DNA of 54,060 nucleotides from a virus. Taxonomy: Duplodnaviria; Heunggongvirae; Uroviricota; Caudoviricetes. The notes below the pieces were generated by a model. It made no database searches and was not told the DNA's origin. It was given only the letters and a program-made list of their open reading frames with translations. Where the stretch lies: the IMG/VR virus record IMGVR_UViG_3300037280_000066, positions 1 to 54,060 of that record. One strand, 5' to 3'. Below, one piece after another: positions 26,086-37,236 of the stretch. The position numbers and the translations under genes were made by a program. Position 1 is the first letter of the stretch. Every line of letters starts with the position of its first letter.

Positions 26086-28272
26086 ATGAGAATATTGGTA
26101 TTAACTCGTGGAGCAATGGGTAGTGGAAAATCAACATTTATCAAGGAGAATTTTCTTGAACAATACACCTTAAGTGCAGACACAATCAGGTTGCTATGCC
26201 AAAGTCCTATATTAAAACCAGATGGTGGTTTAGGTATTAGCCAAAACAATGACAGAAAGGTTTGGACTTTACTATTTGAAATGTTAGAAGAAAGAATGAT
26301 TAGAGGTGAATTTACAGTAATTGATGCCACTAATACAAAAACTTCTGAAATGAACAAATATAAAGCTTTAGCAGAAAAATACAGATTTAAAATTATCTGT
26401 GTGGATTTTACAGATGTAACAATGGAACTTGCTCTTTATAGGAATAAATGTAGAGAAGGTTATAAATTTGTGCCAGAGGATGCTATCAAGAATGCATATT
26501 CAAGATTTGCTACACAGAATGTGCCATCTGGTATCCAAGTAATTAAGCCTGAACAGTTTGAAAACACAATACAATTAAAACCTATCAATCTTTCAGCATA
26601 CACAAAAATTCATCACATTGGAGATATTCATGGATGTTATACTGTCTTGAATGATTACCTTCAAGGAAATTTACATAGTGATGAAATGTACATATTTTTA
26701 GGTGACTTTATTGATAGAGGTATTGAGAATGCAGAGGTTATAAAATTTATGTGTTCTATCATGGATGAACCTAATGTGATAATGTTAGAAGGAAATCATG
26801 AAAGATGGCTATGGTGTTGGGCTAATGATATACCATCTAAGAGTCCTGAATTTGAACATAATACCAAGAAGGAATTGATGGATAAGGGTATTAATAAGAA
26901 ACAAGTGAGAATGTTTTATCGCAAATTAAGGCAGTTAGCATACTATACATACAATGAAAAAATAGTATTAGTAACACATGGAGGACTAAGCACCATACCA
27001 AGTAATCTTACATACATAGCAACAGAGCAATTAATAAAGGGTACTGGTGATTACAAAGACATGGAAGTAACAAATGAGTCATTCTTACATAACACAACTG
27101 AAAATTGCTATCAAATCCATGGTCACAGAAATGTATCTGGCTCTGATATTCAAATTAATGAAAGGTGTTATAATTTAGAAGGTAAGATTGAGTTTGGTGG
27201 ATATTTAAGAGTTGTGACACTTGATGTTAATGGATTCGTAACAATTGAAAAGAAAAATACAATTTTCAATCCTTCTGTACATCAAGTTCAAGAAACAAGA
27301 GCAAATATCACTAAGCAAGTTATGTCAAATAATGATTTTTTGCAAATGTTGAGAAGAAATAAAAACATCAAAGAAAAGCAATTTGGAAATATTTCTTCAT
27401 TTAACTTTACCAGAGAAGTGTTTTATGACAAGATTTGGAATGAGCAAACTATTAAGGCAAGAGGATTATTTTTAAACACAAGCACAGGTGAAATTGTTAT
27501 CAGGTCATATAATAAGTTCTTCAATATAGATGAAAGACCTGAAACAAAGTTGGATAAATTACAGACCACTTTAAACTTCCCTGTTGATGCTTACATAAAG
27601 GAAAATGGTTATCTTGGATTAGTAGGCTATGATTCAGAATCAGACCAGTTAGTAATTGCTTCAAAGAGTTCATTGACAGGTGATTTTAAGGAATGGTTTC
27701 AGCATATTTTCTTTAATACAGTAAGTGCAGAAGATAGGGAAACTCTTAAATTCTTTCTAAAGGAAAATAACTGTTGCTTTGTATTTGAGGTTATAGACCC
27801 TGAGAATGACCCCCACATGATAGAATATGAAAATGCTCATTTAGTATTGTTAGATGTTATATACAGAGAGGTAGAGTTTAGAAAAATGCCTTTCACAGAT
27901 TTAGCCACTATTGCTATGCAGTTTGGTTTAAAATACAAGTTGATATCAAAAACAATAAAGGATTGGGCAGACTTCTACAAGTGGTATAATGACAATGAGC
28001 AAGGTTGGGATGAAACTCTGGAAGGTTATGTAATAGAAGATAAAAATGGATTCATGACAAAAGTAAAGTTGCCTTTCTACCATTTTTGGAAAAGAATGCG
28101 TACCTTAAAGGATGAAGTTGGTAAGAAGGGTTACATAAAGAATACAAGTAGTCTTACAACTCCATTAGCCAATGAGTTTTATGGTTGGGCAAGAGATAAA
28201 TTTAAAGAGACACCCGAACTATTGAATTCAGGCATTATAGCATTAAGAAAAATGTTCTACAATTTCAAATAA
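26086..28272 (+). CDS. Pnkp-type RNA repair enzyme: 5' kinase + metallophosphoesterase + RNA ligase
   Basis: GAMGSGKST/DATN; GDIHG, GDFIDRG, GNHE; ARGLF, KFFN, ligase motif I KENG, EGYVI, KVK. Confidence 0.9.
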   Translation: MRILVLTRGAMGSGKSTFIKENFLEQYTLSADTIRLLCQSPILKPDGGLGISQNNDRKVWTLLFEMLEERMIRGEFTVIDATNTKTSEMNKYKALAEKYRFKIICVDFTDVTMELALYRNKCREGYKFVPEDAIKNAYSRFATQNVPSGIQVIKPEQFENTIQLKPINLSAYTKIHHIGDIHGCYTVLNDYLQGNLHSDEMYIFLGDFIDRGIENAEVIKFMCSIMDEPNVIMLEGNHERWLWCWANDIPSKSPEFEHNTKKELMDKGINKKQVRMFYRKLRQLAYYTYNEKIVLVTHGGLSTIPSNLTYIATEQLIKGTGDYKDMEVTNESFLHNTTENCYQIHGHRNVSGSDIQINERCYNLEGKIEFGGYLRVVTLDVNGFVTIEKKNTIFNPSVHQVQETRANITKQVMSNNDFLQMLRRNKNIKEKQFGNISSFNFTREVFYDKIWNEQTIKARGLFLNTSTGEIVIRSYNKFFNIDERPETKLDKLQTTLNFPVDAYIKENGYLGLVGYDSESDQLVIASKSSLTGDFKEWFQHIFFNTVSAEDRETLKFFLKENNCCFVFEVIDPENDPHMIEYENAHLVLLDVIYREVEFRKMPFTDLATIAMQFGLKYKLISKTIKDWADFYKWYNDNEQGWDETLEGYVIEDKNGFMTKVKLPFYHFWKRMRTLKDEVGKKGYIKNTSSLTTPLANEFYGWARDKFKETPELLNSGIIALRKMFYNFK

Positions 28273-28276
28273 AAGT

Positions 28277-28305
28277 TTGACAAATTTTCTTTCTCATAGT
28301 ATAAT
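28277..28305 (+). promoter_or_regulatory. SigA-type promoter
   Basis: TTGACA-N17-TATAAT. Confidence 0.85.
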
Positions 28306-28344
28306 TAAGGAGTAGTTAAAATTCAAAAAAGGAGAGATTATACT

Positions 28345-28974
28345 ATGAGAGAAAGTTTGACAGAAATCGTTTATGTACTGGATGAATCAGGCTCAATGAG
28401 TACTATTGCAACAGATGCAGTAGGAGGTTTAAATGCATTTATTGAAGACCAAAAAAAGGTTGAAGGTGATGCAAATCTAACATTAGTATTTTTCAGTAAT
28501 GATTACAATGAATTCCTGAAATCAAAGAGTATCAAAGAAGTTCAGCCTATTGTTTTAGGCACAGATTATCAACCAAGAGGTATGACTGCTTTGTATGATG
28601 CTATTGGAAAAACCATTGTTGATTTAGGTAAGAGGTTGAGTGAAACACCAGAAGACCAAAGACCTAGCAAAGTATTATTTGTTATTATGACAGATGGTGA
28701 TGAAAATTCCAGTAAGGAATACACAGATACCATGATTAAAGAAATGATTGAACATCAATCATCAGTTTATAATTGGGAATTTATTTTCTCAGGAGCAAAC
28801 CAAGACACCTCATTAAATGCTAGGTCAATAGGGGTTAATAATTGGACAGCATTTAGTTGTGAAGTAGTAGATGGTGTGGCTAAAAGTGCATTAAATAACT
28901 ATGCTACATTGTCAAAATGTGCAACTTCATATAGAGGTACTGGAAATATTGGTGACTTGCCAGATAACACATAA
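28345..28974 (+). CDS. Stand-alone vWA domain protein
   Basis: LDESGSM, TALYDAIG, MTDGDENSS. Confidence 0.88.
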   Translation: MRESLTEIVYVLDESGSMSTIATDAVGGLNAFIEDQKKVEGDANLTLVFFSNDYNEFLKSKSIKEVQPIVLGTDYQPRGMTALYDAIGKTIVDLGKRLSETPEDQRPSKVLFVIMTDGDENSSKEYTDTMIKEMIEHQSSVYNWEFIFSGANQDTSLNARSIGVNNWTAFSCEVVDGVAKSALNNYATLSKCATSYRGTGNIGDLPDNT

Positions 28975-29230
28975 TAAATGAAGGAGGTATAAGAATATGG
29001 AGTGGAATATAGATAAGCTTAGAATGAGTAAAAACGCAGTAGGACATGACAAAGTATTCTTATACTTTCCAAAATACATAGATGGCTACCTAGTATGGTG
29101 GCAGTATGCTTGGAAAAGATATAAGATTGAATGGAATGGTAATGCTTTATTTGAAAGATATATGAAGCATACTATTGGTTATATGAGGTTTCAGCCAGAG
29201 AAGAAAAAAATAGAATAGGAGGTTTTACAT

Positions 29231-30340
29231 ATGGAAAGGCAGTTAGCATCTGTACAAAAGGTGCTAAACATTAGACCTATTCCTAATGCAGATAACATAG
29301 AAGTTGCAGAAGTATTAGGATGGGAATGTATAGTACTAAAAGCAGAAAATGTTCAAGTAGGTGACCTTGTAGTATACATAGAAATTGATTCAATTGTTCC
29401 AGATAGGGCAGAGTTTGAATTTCTAAGAGACAGAAAATTCAGGGTTAGAACAATCAAGTTAAGAAAACAAATAAGTCAAGGATTAGTTTTACCTATTGGA
29501 ACTTTACCAAAAGGTAAGTACAGTGAAGGGCAGGATGTAACAGAAATCTTAGGAATAAGAAAGTATGACCCACAAGCAGACAAAGAAAGAGATATGTGGG
29601 AAGACAAGATAAGAGCAAGCAAGAACCCAATACATAAGTTTTTACTAAGATATCCATGGTACAGGCAGTTTGTAATGAAGCCAAAGAAAGGCAAATTCCC
29701 TTCATTCATTAAGAAGACTGATGAAGATAGAATTCAACTTTTTCCAAGACTTCCTGAGACACAGAAAGATACAATCTTTACTGCAACAGAGAAGCTTGAT
29801 GGGCAATCAGTTACATACTTCTTACAAAGAAATAAAGGTAAACTGAAATGGTTTGAATTTTACAAGAAACCAAGTGATTTTATATTTGGAGTATGCAGTA
29901 GAAATGTTTACCTTGAAAAAGCAGATACCAGTTCATATTGGACAATTGCTAATAACTACAAGATAGAAGATGTATTACATAATCTGTTAGGTAATCAAGA
30001 CTTAATTGTACTGCAAGGTGAAATTATAGGAGAAGGTATTCAGGGGAATAAATACAAGGTTACTGGATATGATTTCTATGCATTTAATCTTATCTTTGGC
30101 ACAGAGTTACAAGGTAGCGTTGAAGCTAAAGATATCCTAGCATATCAAGGTGTGAAGTTTGTTCCTATATTAGATACTAACTTTACTTTAAAGCCAACCA
30201 TTCAAGAGAATGTTGACTATGCACTAGGCAAATCTGTTCTCCTTCCTGTACTTAGAGAAGGTGTTGTAATCAGGAATGAAGCAAAGGGATTAAGTTACAA
30301 GATAATCAATCCTGAATTTCTCCTAAAGAATGATGAATAA
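29231..30340 (+). CDS. ATP-dependent RNA ligase, DRB0094 family
   Basis: N-terminal PIPNADNIE...ISQGL domain; TDEDRIQ, TEKLDG, QGE, REGVV, YKIIN. Confidence 0.88.
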   Translation: MERQLASVQKVLNIRPIPNADNIEVAEVLGWECIVLKAENVQVGDLVVYIEIDSIVPDRAEFEFLRDRKFRVRTIKLRKQISQGLVLPIGTLPKGKYSEGQDVTEILGIRKYDPQADKERDMWEDKIRASKNPIHKFLLRYPWYRQFVMKPKKGKFPSFIKKTDEDRIQLFPRLPETQKDTIFTATEKLDGQSVTYFLQRNKGKLKWFEFYKKPSDFIFGVCSRNVYLEKADTSSYWTIANNYKIEDVLHNLLGNQDLIVLQGEIIGEGIQGNKYKVTGYDFYAFNLIFGTELQGSVEAKDILAYQGVKFVPILDTNFTLKPTIQENVDYALGKSVLLPVLREGVVIRNEAKGLSYKIINPEFLLKNDE

Positions 30341-30385
30341 ACAAGATTCATAAAATAATATTGACAAGCTTATACCTTTCATGAT

Positions 30386-30697
30386 ATGATATATATGTCG
30401 GAACAAGTTATAAGCTTGTCAAATAAAAGGAGGAATGCTTTTGTGGGAAAAGGAACAATAAGTTTTGGTATTAATACTGGTGGATTTTGTGGTTCACTAA
30501 CACTTCTGTTTATAGCTTTGAAATTAATAGGCTGTATTACTTGGGGTTGGGGATGGGTGTTAAGTCCTTTGTGGATACCTGTTGCTTTATTAGTTGCAGG
30601 AATTATTGTGTTCTTTGGAATTGCTCTACTTGTAATATTTATTAGGGCAATATACGAAGATTGGAGCATGAAAAAGAGTAAGGGGTTAAGAAAATGA
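30386..30697 (+). CDS. Small membrane protein
   Basis: LFIALKLIGCITWGWGWVLSPLWIP; true start is probably downstream, after the AAGGAGG near 30427. Confidence 0.65.
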   Translation: MIYMSEQVISLSNKRRNAFVGKGTISFGINTGGFCGSLTLLFIALKLIGCITWGWGWVLSPLWIPVALLVAGIIVFFGIALLVIFIRAIYEDWSMKKSKGLRK

Positions 30698-31507
30698 GTA
30701 ATAAAGATTTCTGGTGGAAAATCTATATATGGTGGTTACGAAAAGTTAAACGCTTTCCTATCTACACTTAAAAGGAGTTTAAGATGAAAAAATTCTTAAA
30801 AATACTTGCATTTATCGCCATTAATGGTATTATTTTAGGACAGTTTGGAGTCAGCCCATTAGCAGATTTTACTATTGGTGCTATTGCAGGATGGGTACTA
30901 CATTACATACTAAAAGATTAGGAGGGGAATATTATGGAATTTAAGCCAAACTATATGTTGATATACAAAAATGATATAGTGCTATTCAAATTTTTAACAT
31001 CTACACCTTTTTATCAAGAATCTGTTAAAGTAACATATGAAAACCATCATTTAAAAGTAGAAGGAAAACATTTTATTGTTAGATGTTTCAGAATGGATAG
31101 ACCTATTCCTTATACTGTAGGTTATAGAACAATGACAGTATTCATTGAGAGAGAATTATATGATATGATGGATAATAATTTTCTAGAAGATGCTGTAAAG
31201 CCCTGTATGAGTGTGTATTCATTATTTGGTGAGGTTATTTCCATAATTGAACCATAGTCAGAATGGGAGGTGCTAATATGGAATGGTTTTATTCCATAGT
31301 GTCAATATCGTTTCTAGTTAGCACCTTATCCGTCTGCTCATGGACTGTTAGCAAAGATAAAGGTAATAAGCCGATAGTAATTTTAATAATTTGTTGGATT
31401 TTTATTTATTTAGTATTGACAATGTTACATATCGCAGGTTTCATAAACATGAAGCAGATGATTGTTGCTTTCGAATACATATTTGATAATCAAAGGAGTT
31501 GAATTGA

Positions 31508-32731
31508 TTGGAAACAAAGAATGCGTTATATCTGGTAAAGGTTGAGCCTAATGCGAATAATAATAAGTATTATCGCATGATAGATAATGGCAATGGAACT
31601 TTTACTGCTCAGTATGGTAGAATTGGTGTTGAGAAGTTTCAGACAGCTACATATTCTATTTCTCAATGGAATAGTAAACTAAATGAAAAACTCAGTAGCA
31701 AAAAAGGTTACATTGACCAAACTAGGTTAGTGGCAGAAACAACTGTAAAGGCAAAGAAGAATAAGGATTACATTGATATTGAATCTGTATCCATTTCTCA
31801 AATTGTTGCTAGATTACAGGCAATGGCTAAACAAGCAATTCAAGATAACTACACAATCTCTTCAAACAAAGTTACACAGGCAATGATTGATGAAGCTCAA
31901 ATTACTCTGAATAACCTCATTCAAACATCAACATTAAAAGATTTCAATAAAGTTTTGGTTGATTTATTCCAAATAATTCCTAGAAAAATGAAGAAGGTTG
32001 CAGATTGTTTAGCAGATAGTGATAAGGATTATGCAAACATTCTTCAAAGAGAGCAAGACTTACTTGATGTTATGAGAGGTCAAGTTATCCAACAGGCAAT
32101 TGTTGAAGAGGAAGTTGAAGAAGATAAGCCATTATCAAATCAGACAATACTTGATGCTATGGGTTTAAGGTTTGAAGAACTTGTCCCTGCTGATGTAGTG
32201 TTAATTAAACAGAACTTGGGTTCAGCTAGTAATAAGTATCATCAAGGTTGGAGAGTTACCAATTTGCGTTCTCAGGAGAGATTTGATAAGTTTATTGCAG
32301 AGAATAAAATTCAAAATAAGAAACTGCTGTGGCATGGTTCAAGGAATGAGAATTGGTGGTCAATTGTTAATACAAGTTTGGTGTTAAGACCAAATGCAGT
32401 CATTAGTGGTAAGATGTTTGGATATGGTATTTACTTTGCACCAAAGGCTGAAAAGTCTCTAGGATACACTTCTTTAAGTGGTTCATATTGGGCAGGTGGC
32501 AATTCCAATTCAGCATTCATGAGTTTGTATGATGTTGCTTATGGCAAAGCATATGATGTACACTCATTTGACAGCAAGTATTATGACTTCAATTATGAGA
32601 AATTACAACAGAATTGCACAGGAGCTAATTGTTTACATGCTCATAGTGGCAATGGAATGTTAAGGAATGATGAAATTATTGTCTACAAGGAAGACCAGTT
32701 GACAATAAAGTACTTAGTAGAATTAAGATAA
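31508..32731 (+). CDS. PARP-family ADP-ribosyltransferase with WGR and helical domains
   Basis: NNNKYY...YGRIG (WGR), helical region with IIPR, catalytic LWHGS, GKMFGYGIYFA..KS.GY, NDEIIVY. Confidence 0.88.
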   Translation: METKNALYLVKVEPNANNNKYYRMIDNGNGTFTAQYGRIGVEKFQTATYSISQWNSKLNEKLSSKKGYIDQTRLVAETTVKAKKNKDYIDIESVSISQIVARLQAMAKQAIQDNYTISSNKVTQAMIDEAQITLNNLIQTSTLKDFNKVLVDLFQIIPRKMKKVADCLADSDKDYANILQREQDLLDVMRGQVIQQAIVEEEVEEDKPLSNQTILDAMGLRFEELVPADVVLIKQNLGSASNKYHQGWRVTNLRSQERFDKFIAENKIQNKKLLWHGSRNENWWSIVNTSLVLRPNAVISGKMFGYGIYFAPKAEKSLGYTSLSGSYWAGGNSNSAFMSLYDVAYGKAYDVHSFDSKYYDFNYEKLQQNCTGANCLHAHSGNGMLRNDEIIVYKEDQLTIKYLVELR

Positions 32732-32753
32732 AAAATATAAATTAAAAGGAGAA

Positions 32754-33167
32754 ATGAATATTATGAATAATCTATGTGATTGTAGGTATTGTACAGAAAA
32801 AAGAAAGTTAAGAGAAGCTATGCAAGCAAATACAGTAGTTGATACTGTAGAAGAGTTGGCAATACCAGAAGTAAAGAAACCAAGGGTAATAATCAAAGAG
32901 TTCACTTATGCTCAAACAAGACAGCATTTTGTAGAAACAAATGTTACAGATGGTACAATGAAGGAAGATTATTTCAGAATTCCTGAAAGAAACGAAAGAG
33001 TAATACACAGTGATAATGCAACAATTGTTATCCTGCATGATGGCACAAAGGGTGTTGCTAAGTGTAATCCAACAGATGAACTTAACTACACTAAGGGTAT
33101 CAAAATAGCTTATACCAGAGCCAAGATTAAGTTACTGCAAAAGGAATTAAAGAAATTAACTAAATAA
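32754..33167 (+). CDS. Hypothetical phage protein
   Basis: AAGGAG RBS; ATIV...KGVAKCNPTD motif. Confidence 0.6.
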   Translation: MNIMNNLCDCRYCTEKRKLREAMQANTVVDTVEELAIPEVKKPRVIIKEFTYAQTRQHFVETNVTDGTMKEDYFRIPERNERVIHSDNATIVILHDGTKGVAKCNPTDELNYTKGIKIAYTRAKIKLLQKELKKLTK

Positions 33168-33169
33168 TG

Positions 33170-33198
33170 TTGACAATATATTAGCCGTAGTGTATAAT
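33170..33198 (+). promoter_or_regulatory. SigA-type promoter
   Basis: TTGACA-N17-TATAAT. Confidence 0.85.
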
Positions 33199-33229
33199 TA
33201 ACTTATCAGATTAAGGGAGGTTATGCATT

Positions 33230-33697
33230 ATGGCTAATATTCAATTGTCAATAGATTTGCCAGTATCTAAGGAAATTACTGTTCAAGAAATGATTGAATG
33301 GTTACAGCAACATCCAATGACTAATAAATTGGTTCTTGGAGAATTACAGGGAGGATATCTACATAAAGAACATAAAATGTTTTATACTCCTGCAAATGGT
33401 TATAGTAAGGATACGACAATTATAGGAGTTGAAATGTCTGAGAAAAAGATTCAGGCAGACCTAAATCCTATTACAGCATCTCAAAAGAAAATCATCAAAT
33501 TCATAGGAGATATTATAGGTGAAAGATTTGATGGTAACACTTATGAGGAAGCTTATGCCTTTATTGGAAAATGGAAGTCAGTAGCAGAAAGAAATTATCA
33601 ATGTTATAATTATCCAAATGCTCCAAAAAGAAAAAGTTATTCAAAAGGAAATGACCCTTATGTAACAGATGATTGGGCAGGGAATGAGCATTTTTAA
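33230..33697 (+). CDS. Hypothetical protein
   Basis: GGGAGG RBS. Confidence 0.6.
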   Translation: MANIQLSIDLPVSKEITVQEMIEWLQQHPMTNKLVLGELQGGYLHKEHKMFYTPANGYSKDTTIIGVEMSEKKIQADLNPITASQKKIIKFIGDIIGERFDGNTYEEAYAFIGKWKSVAERNYQCYNYPNAPKRKSYSKGNDPYVTDDWAGNEHF

Positions 33698-33986
33698 GGT
33701 GGTGAAATAATGTTATTGTCTATATGGGTATTAAATTTGATGATATCTATAATAATGTATAGTATTTTTATTAAAAGAACTAACAAAATAGAATCTATCT
33801 TATGTTCTATAGTAGTTTTCACTCCATCAATTGCTTCATTTGCAGTTGTGGTGATTTATGGAAAGCTAAGTAATATAATGAATTATTGATGTGAAAATGC
33901 CCCTAAAATTTAGATTTCATAGGAAAATGTTTAGGGTAATATTGACAGTATATTGTTCCGAAATTATCATATAATAATAGTAAATA

Positions 33987-34484
33987 TTGTATGATAAGGA
34001 GAAAAACATTATGTGGTTAGAGTTTTTTAAGAATTATTCGTATGTCATTTATTCTATTGTTGGTTGGAGTTACATCCTATTATTTATAGGATGGAAAGAT
34101 TTAAAAAGATTATATCCTATGGCAATACTTGGTGGTTTAATTCTTTTTGGAGCATCATATTGGCTAATAGAAAACAACTTATATAAGTTCAATATTTCTT
34201 TCCTACCAATATTAACAATACCATTTGCTTTTATACTATGGGGTGCAAGTAGTGGAATAATATTTGTTTATTATTTCAAACCAAATCCTATAAGAAGATT
34301 TCTTATGATTATTGGATTTTCAGCATTGGTTGTATTATTAGAATACTTTGCTGAATCTGTAAAAATTGTAGAACATATTGGAGAGTTTAATGATTGGGAT
34401 GAATTTATTTTTGACACATTTATGTTATCAACACTGGCATTCTTAATAACAAACTTTTTTAAAAAAAGAATAGAACAAGCATAA
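33987..34484 (+). CDS. Multi-pass membrane protein
   Basis: About 5 hydrophobic helices; own promoter at 33942-33970. Confidence 0.65.
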   Translation: MYDKEKNIMWLEFFKNYSYVIYSIVGWSYILLFIGWKDLKRLYPMAILGGLILFGASYWLIENNLYKFNISFLPILTIPFAFILWGASSGIIFVYYFKPNPIRRFLMIIGFSALVVLLEYFAESVKIVEHIGEFNDWDEFIFDTFMLSTLAFLITNFFKKRIEQA

Positions 34485-34856
34485 AATTATTCATTGTTAG
34501 GGGAAGAACATTTTCCCCTGATAATGAAGCAAAGGGAGGTGTTAAAATGAAAGGTATCTTATCTCAAGGAATTATTACAGTAGGGATTTTAGTTTTCTCA
34601 GTATGGCTTTGTGTATATATTTTCGTTTATTCTGATAAATGGAATAAAGAAGCAATTACCAATAAAGTTGTTGAAATGCATGGTACTGTAGTAGAAATTA
34701 AAGAAAAAACATTTTTTGAATCATCACCTTTTTACCTATATTCAGAAGATGCCAGAATTTATAAGTTTACATACATTGTAGATGGTATTGAAAAAATAGG
34801 TTGGGTATGTTTTGATGGTTTTACAAAATGGGACATAAAATAAATAATAAAAGGAG

Positions 34857-35756
34857 TTGTACATAATGTTTAATGATATGAAAAGATTTGATAGTTCAGA
34901 TTCAAATGTCTGCAAGTATGTTTTTACAAATGAAGATGCTGTGGCAGAAGCAGTTTTGTATAAGTATGAGAGTTATGAGAAAAGAACAGTAATATGTTGT
35001 TCAACTATGTCAGGTTGTCCTGTTGGTTGTAAGTTTTGTGGCACAGGCAATAAATTCATAAGGAATTTGAGTGCCATGGAAATAGTATTTCAGATAGTGG
35101 CAATTCTTACTGATAAAGATATCAATAATATCAATTCTTCATGTGAACGCTTTCAGATAATGTTCATGAGCATGGGTGAACCTATGTTGAATTGGGATAA
35201 TGTGGAAATAGCTATTAAGGTACTTCATAGCATGTATCCTAACGCTGAACTCCTTATCTCTACAATTGGTGTAGATGATAGACAAGTATTCTCAAGAATG
35301 ATTGCTCTATCAAAAGAAATTGATAAAGTAGGATTACAGTTTTCAATACATAAATCAAATGATTGGGATAGAAACAAACTCATACCATATGAGAAGAAAA
35401 TGAGCCTATTTACAATTAGAGACTTGGCTTCTATTTGGTGGAAAGAAACAGGAAGAAAAGTCTTCTTGAATTACTGTGTGGATGGAACTAATAACAAACA
35501 TGCAGACTTTCTTAAATTACATTTTACATTTAGTCCTGCCATATTCAATTTTACATTTAGTGTTGTTTGTAGCTCTAATGAAACAATGAAGGATGCAGGG
35601 TTTAAGAACCTAGATGCAATAAAAACTTTCACAGAATACTTCTTAAATGAAGGTCACAATGTCAGAATATTTGACCCATCAGGTCAAGATGATATTGGTG
35701 GTGGCTGTGGACAGCTTTGGTACACTCAAGAATGGATGAAGAAAGGAGGAAAATAA
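34857..35756 (+). CDS. RlmN/Cfr-like radical SAM RNA methyltransferase lacking the N-terminal domain
   Basis: CCSTMSGCPVGCKFC, MSMGEP, SIH, C-terminal GGCGQL. Confidence 0.8.
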   Translation: MYIMFNDMKRFDSSDSNVCKYVFTNEDAVAEAVLYKYESYEKRTVICCSTMSGCPVGCKFCGTGNKFIRNLSAMEIVFQIVAILTDKDINNINSSCERFQIMFMSMGEPMLNWDNVEIAIKVLHSMYPNAELLISTIGVDDRQVFSRMIALSKEIDKVGLQFSIHKSNDWDRNKLIPYEKKMSLFTIRDLASIWWKETGRKVFLNYCVDGTNNKHADFLKLHFTFSPAIFNFTFSVVCSSNETMKDAGFKNLDAIKTFTEYFLNEGHNVRIFDPSGQDDIGGGCGQLWYTQEWMKKGGK

Positions 35757-35757
35757 C

Positions 35758-36138
35758 ATGAGTAATGAAGTAGAACAAACTCAGGAGCAAGAAGATGGCT
35801 ACAAAGAAATAAGGTTAAAGGTAAGAGTTGACTCTTACAAAGCTATCAGCAATTGCATACATAATGAACTTAAACTCACCAAACAAGATGTGGAAGATAT
35901 GATTGCTAAATTACTATCAAAAGTAATTGAAAATCAATTAACTACAGGACAGTTAAAGTACACTTTGGAAAAATGTGTTGCTGAAACAGTAAGAGATAGT
36001 GTTGCTAGATTAGGAAATAGCTCAAGATGGAATCTAAATGACCAAATTGACAATGCTATTGACAAAGCAATTGGCGAGAAGATAAGAGAAGTAGTTAATG
36101 AAAAACTAAAAAATGTGAACGTAAAGGAGTTATTGTAA
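35758..36138 (+). CDS. Hypothetical protein
   Basis: AGGAGG RBS; operon packing. Confidence 0.55.
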   Translation: MSNEVEQTQEQEDGYKEIRLKVRVDSYKAISNCIHNELKLTKQDVEDMIAKLLSKVIENQLTTGQLKYTLEKCVAETVRDSVARLGNSSRWNLNDQIDNAIDKAIGEKIREVVNEKLKNVNVKELL

Positions 36139-37236
36139 TGATGAATTTTCAAACCATAAAAACAAAAGATGGTAAAACATCTTATCATGGTACTGTTGTT
36201 GCTTGGCATACACATGATGAATTCCTTTTCGTTCCTGTTGGAATGAGTATTATGAACCCTTGGTGGTGTAAATTAGATTATTGGGATTTATTCCAAGGTG
36301 GTGTGCAAGTAGGCAAAATTAACGTAGCATCTTAAGGAGGTCAACTATGTATGTATTAATAGCGTTATTAATAGGATTTGTGTTTGGAGTGTATTTTACA
36401 AGAAAGTTAAATTTAAATAGTATCAAGTATTACTTTATGTGTGATGGAAGAACTATGAGAGCCAGTGCAGATTTTGCTAGAGTTATATTAAATGGTACAT
36501 ATGTTCAAAAATTTCACGTTGAATCATTAAATAGTAAGAATAAAGGAGATATCAAATGACAATAGAAGAAGCCAGACAAGTAAAACAATATGATAAAGTA
36601 AGATTAGTAAATTCACATTGGAATGAATTGAATGGCTCTATTGGTTATATTCCTTGGGTAGATAGAATTTTTGACCAAGAACCTCATGCTGTAATTTTTC
36701 CTTGGACAGGTGGATTTAAAGGTTGTTACAATCTAATAAAGATTGAGAATCTAGAACTTATTAAAGAAGGAGAAAAAGGTTATGGATATCCCTAGAGATG
36801 ATAATTCTTCTAAACGTACTATTGATTGGAATAAAAGTAAAGAGCAGAAATTAACTCACCTTGCCGAGTTTGCAGTAAGACGAAGACCTATTGCAATAGG
36901 CATGGAAGAAATAATGCATAAGCCTGAACCTGAGAAGGAAGCAACACCAACAGAAGAATTACCTTCTTTAACAAGAACATATACTAGAGGTCAAATGATA
37001 GATTTACTTATGGAATTTCCTCAAATGACAGCAAAATATAAACATTATATTGTAAAATATAATCCGTCAGGACATTTCTACAGCGTTAATGAATATTTTG
37101 ATTTTAGTGTATGTAATAAGAATGAAGAATGGACAATTTGGGAACACTAAAAAGTTTTTTATAAAAAGTATTGACATTTCCTTCGGTATGTTGTAAGATA
37201 TAAATATACCGAGGGAACACAAAAAGGAGAGTCAAT

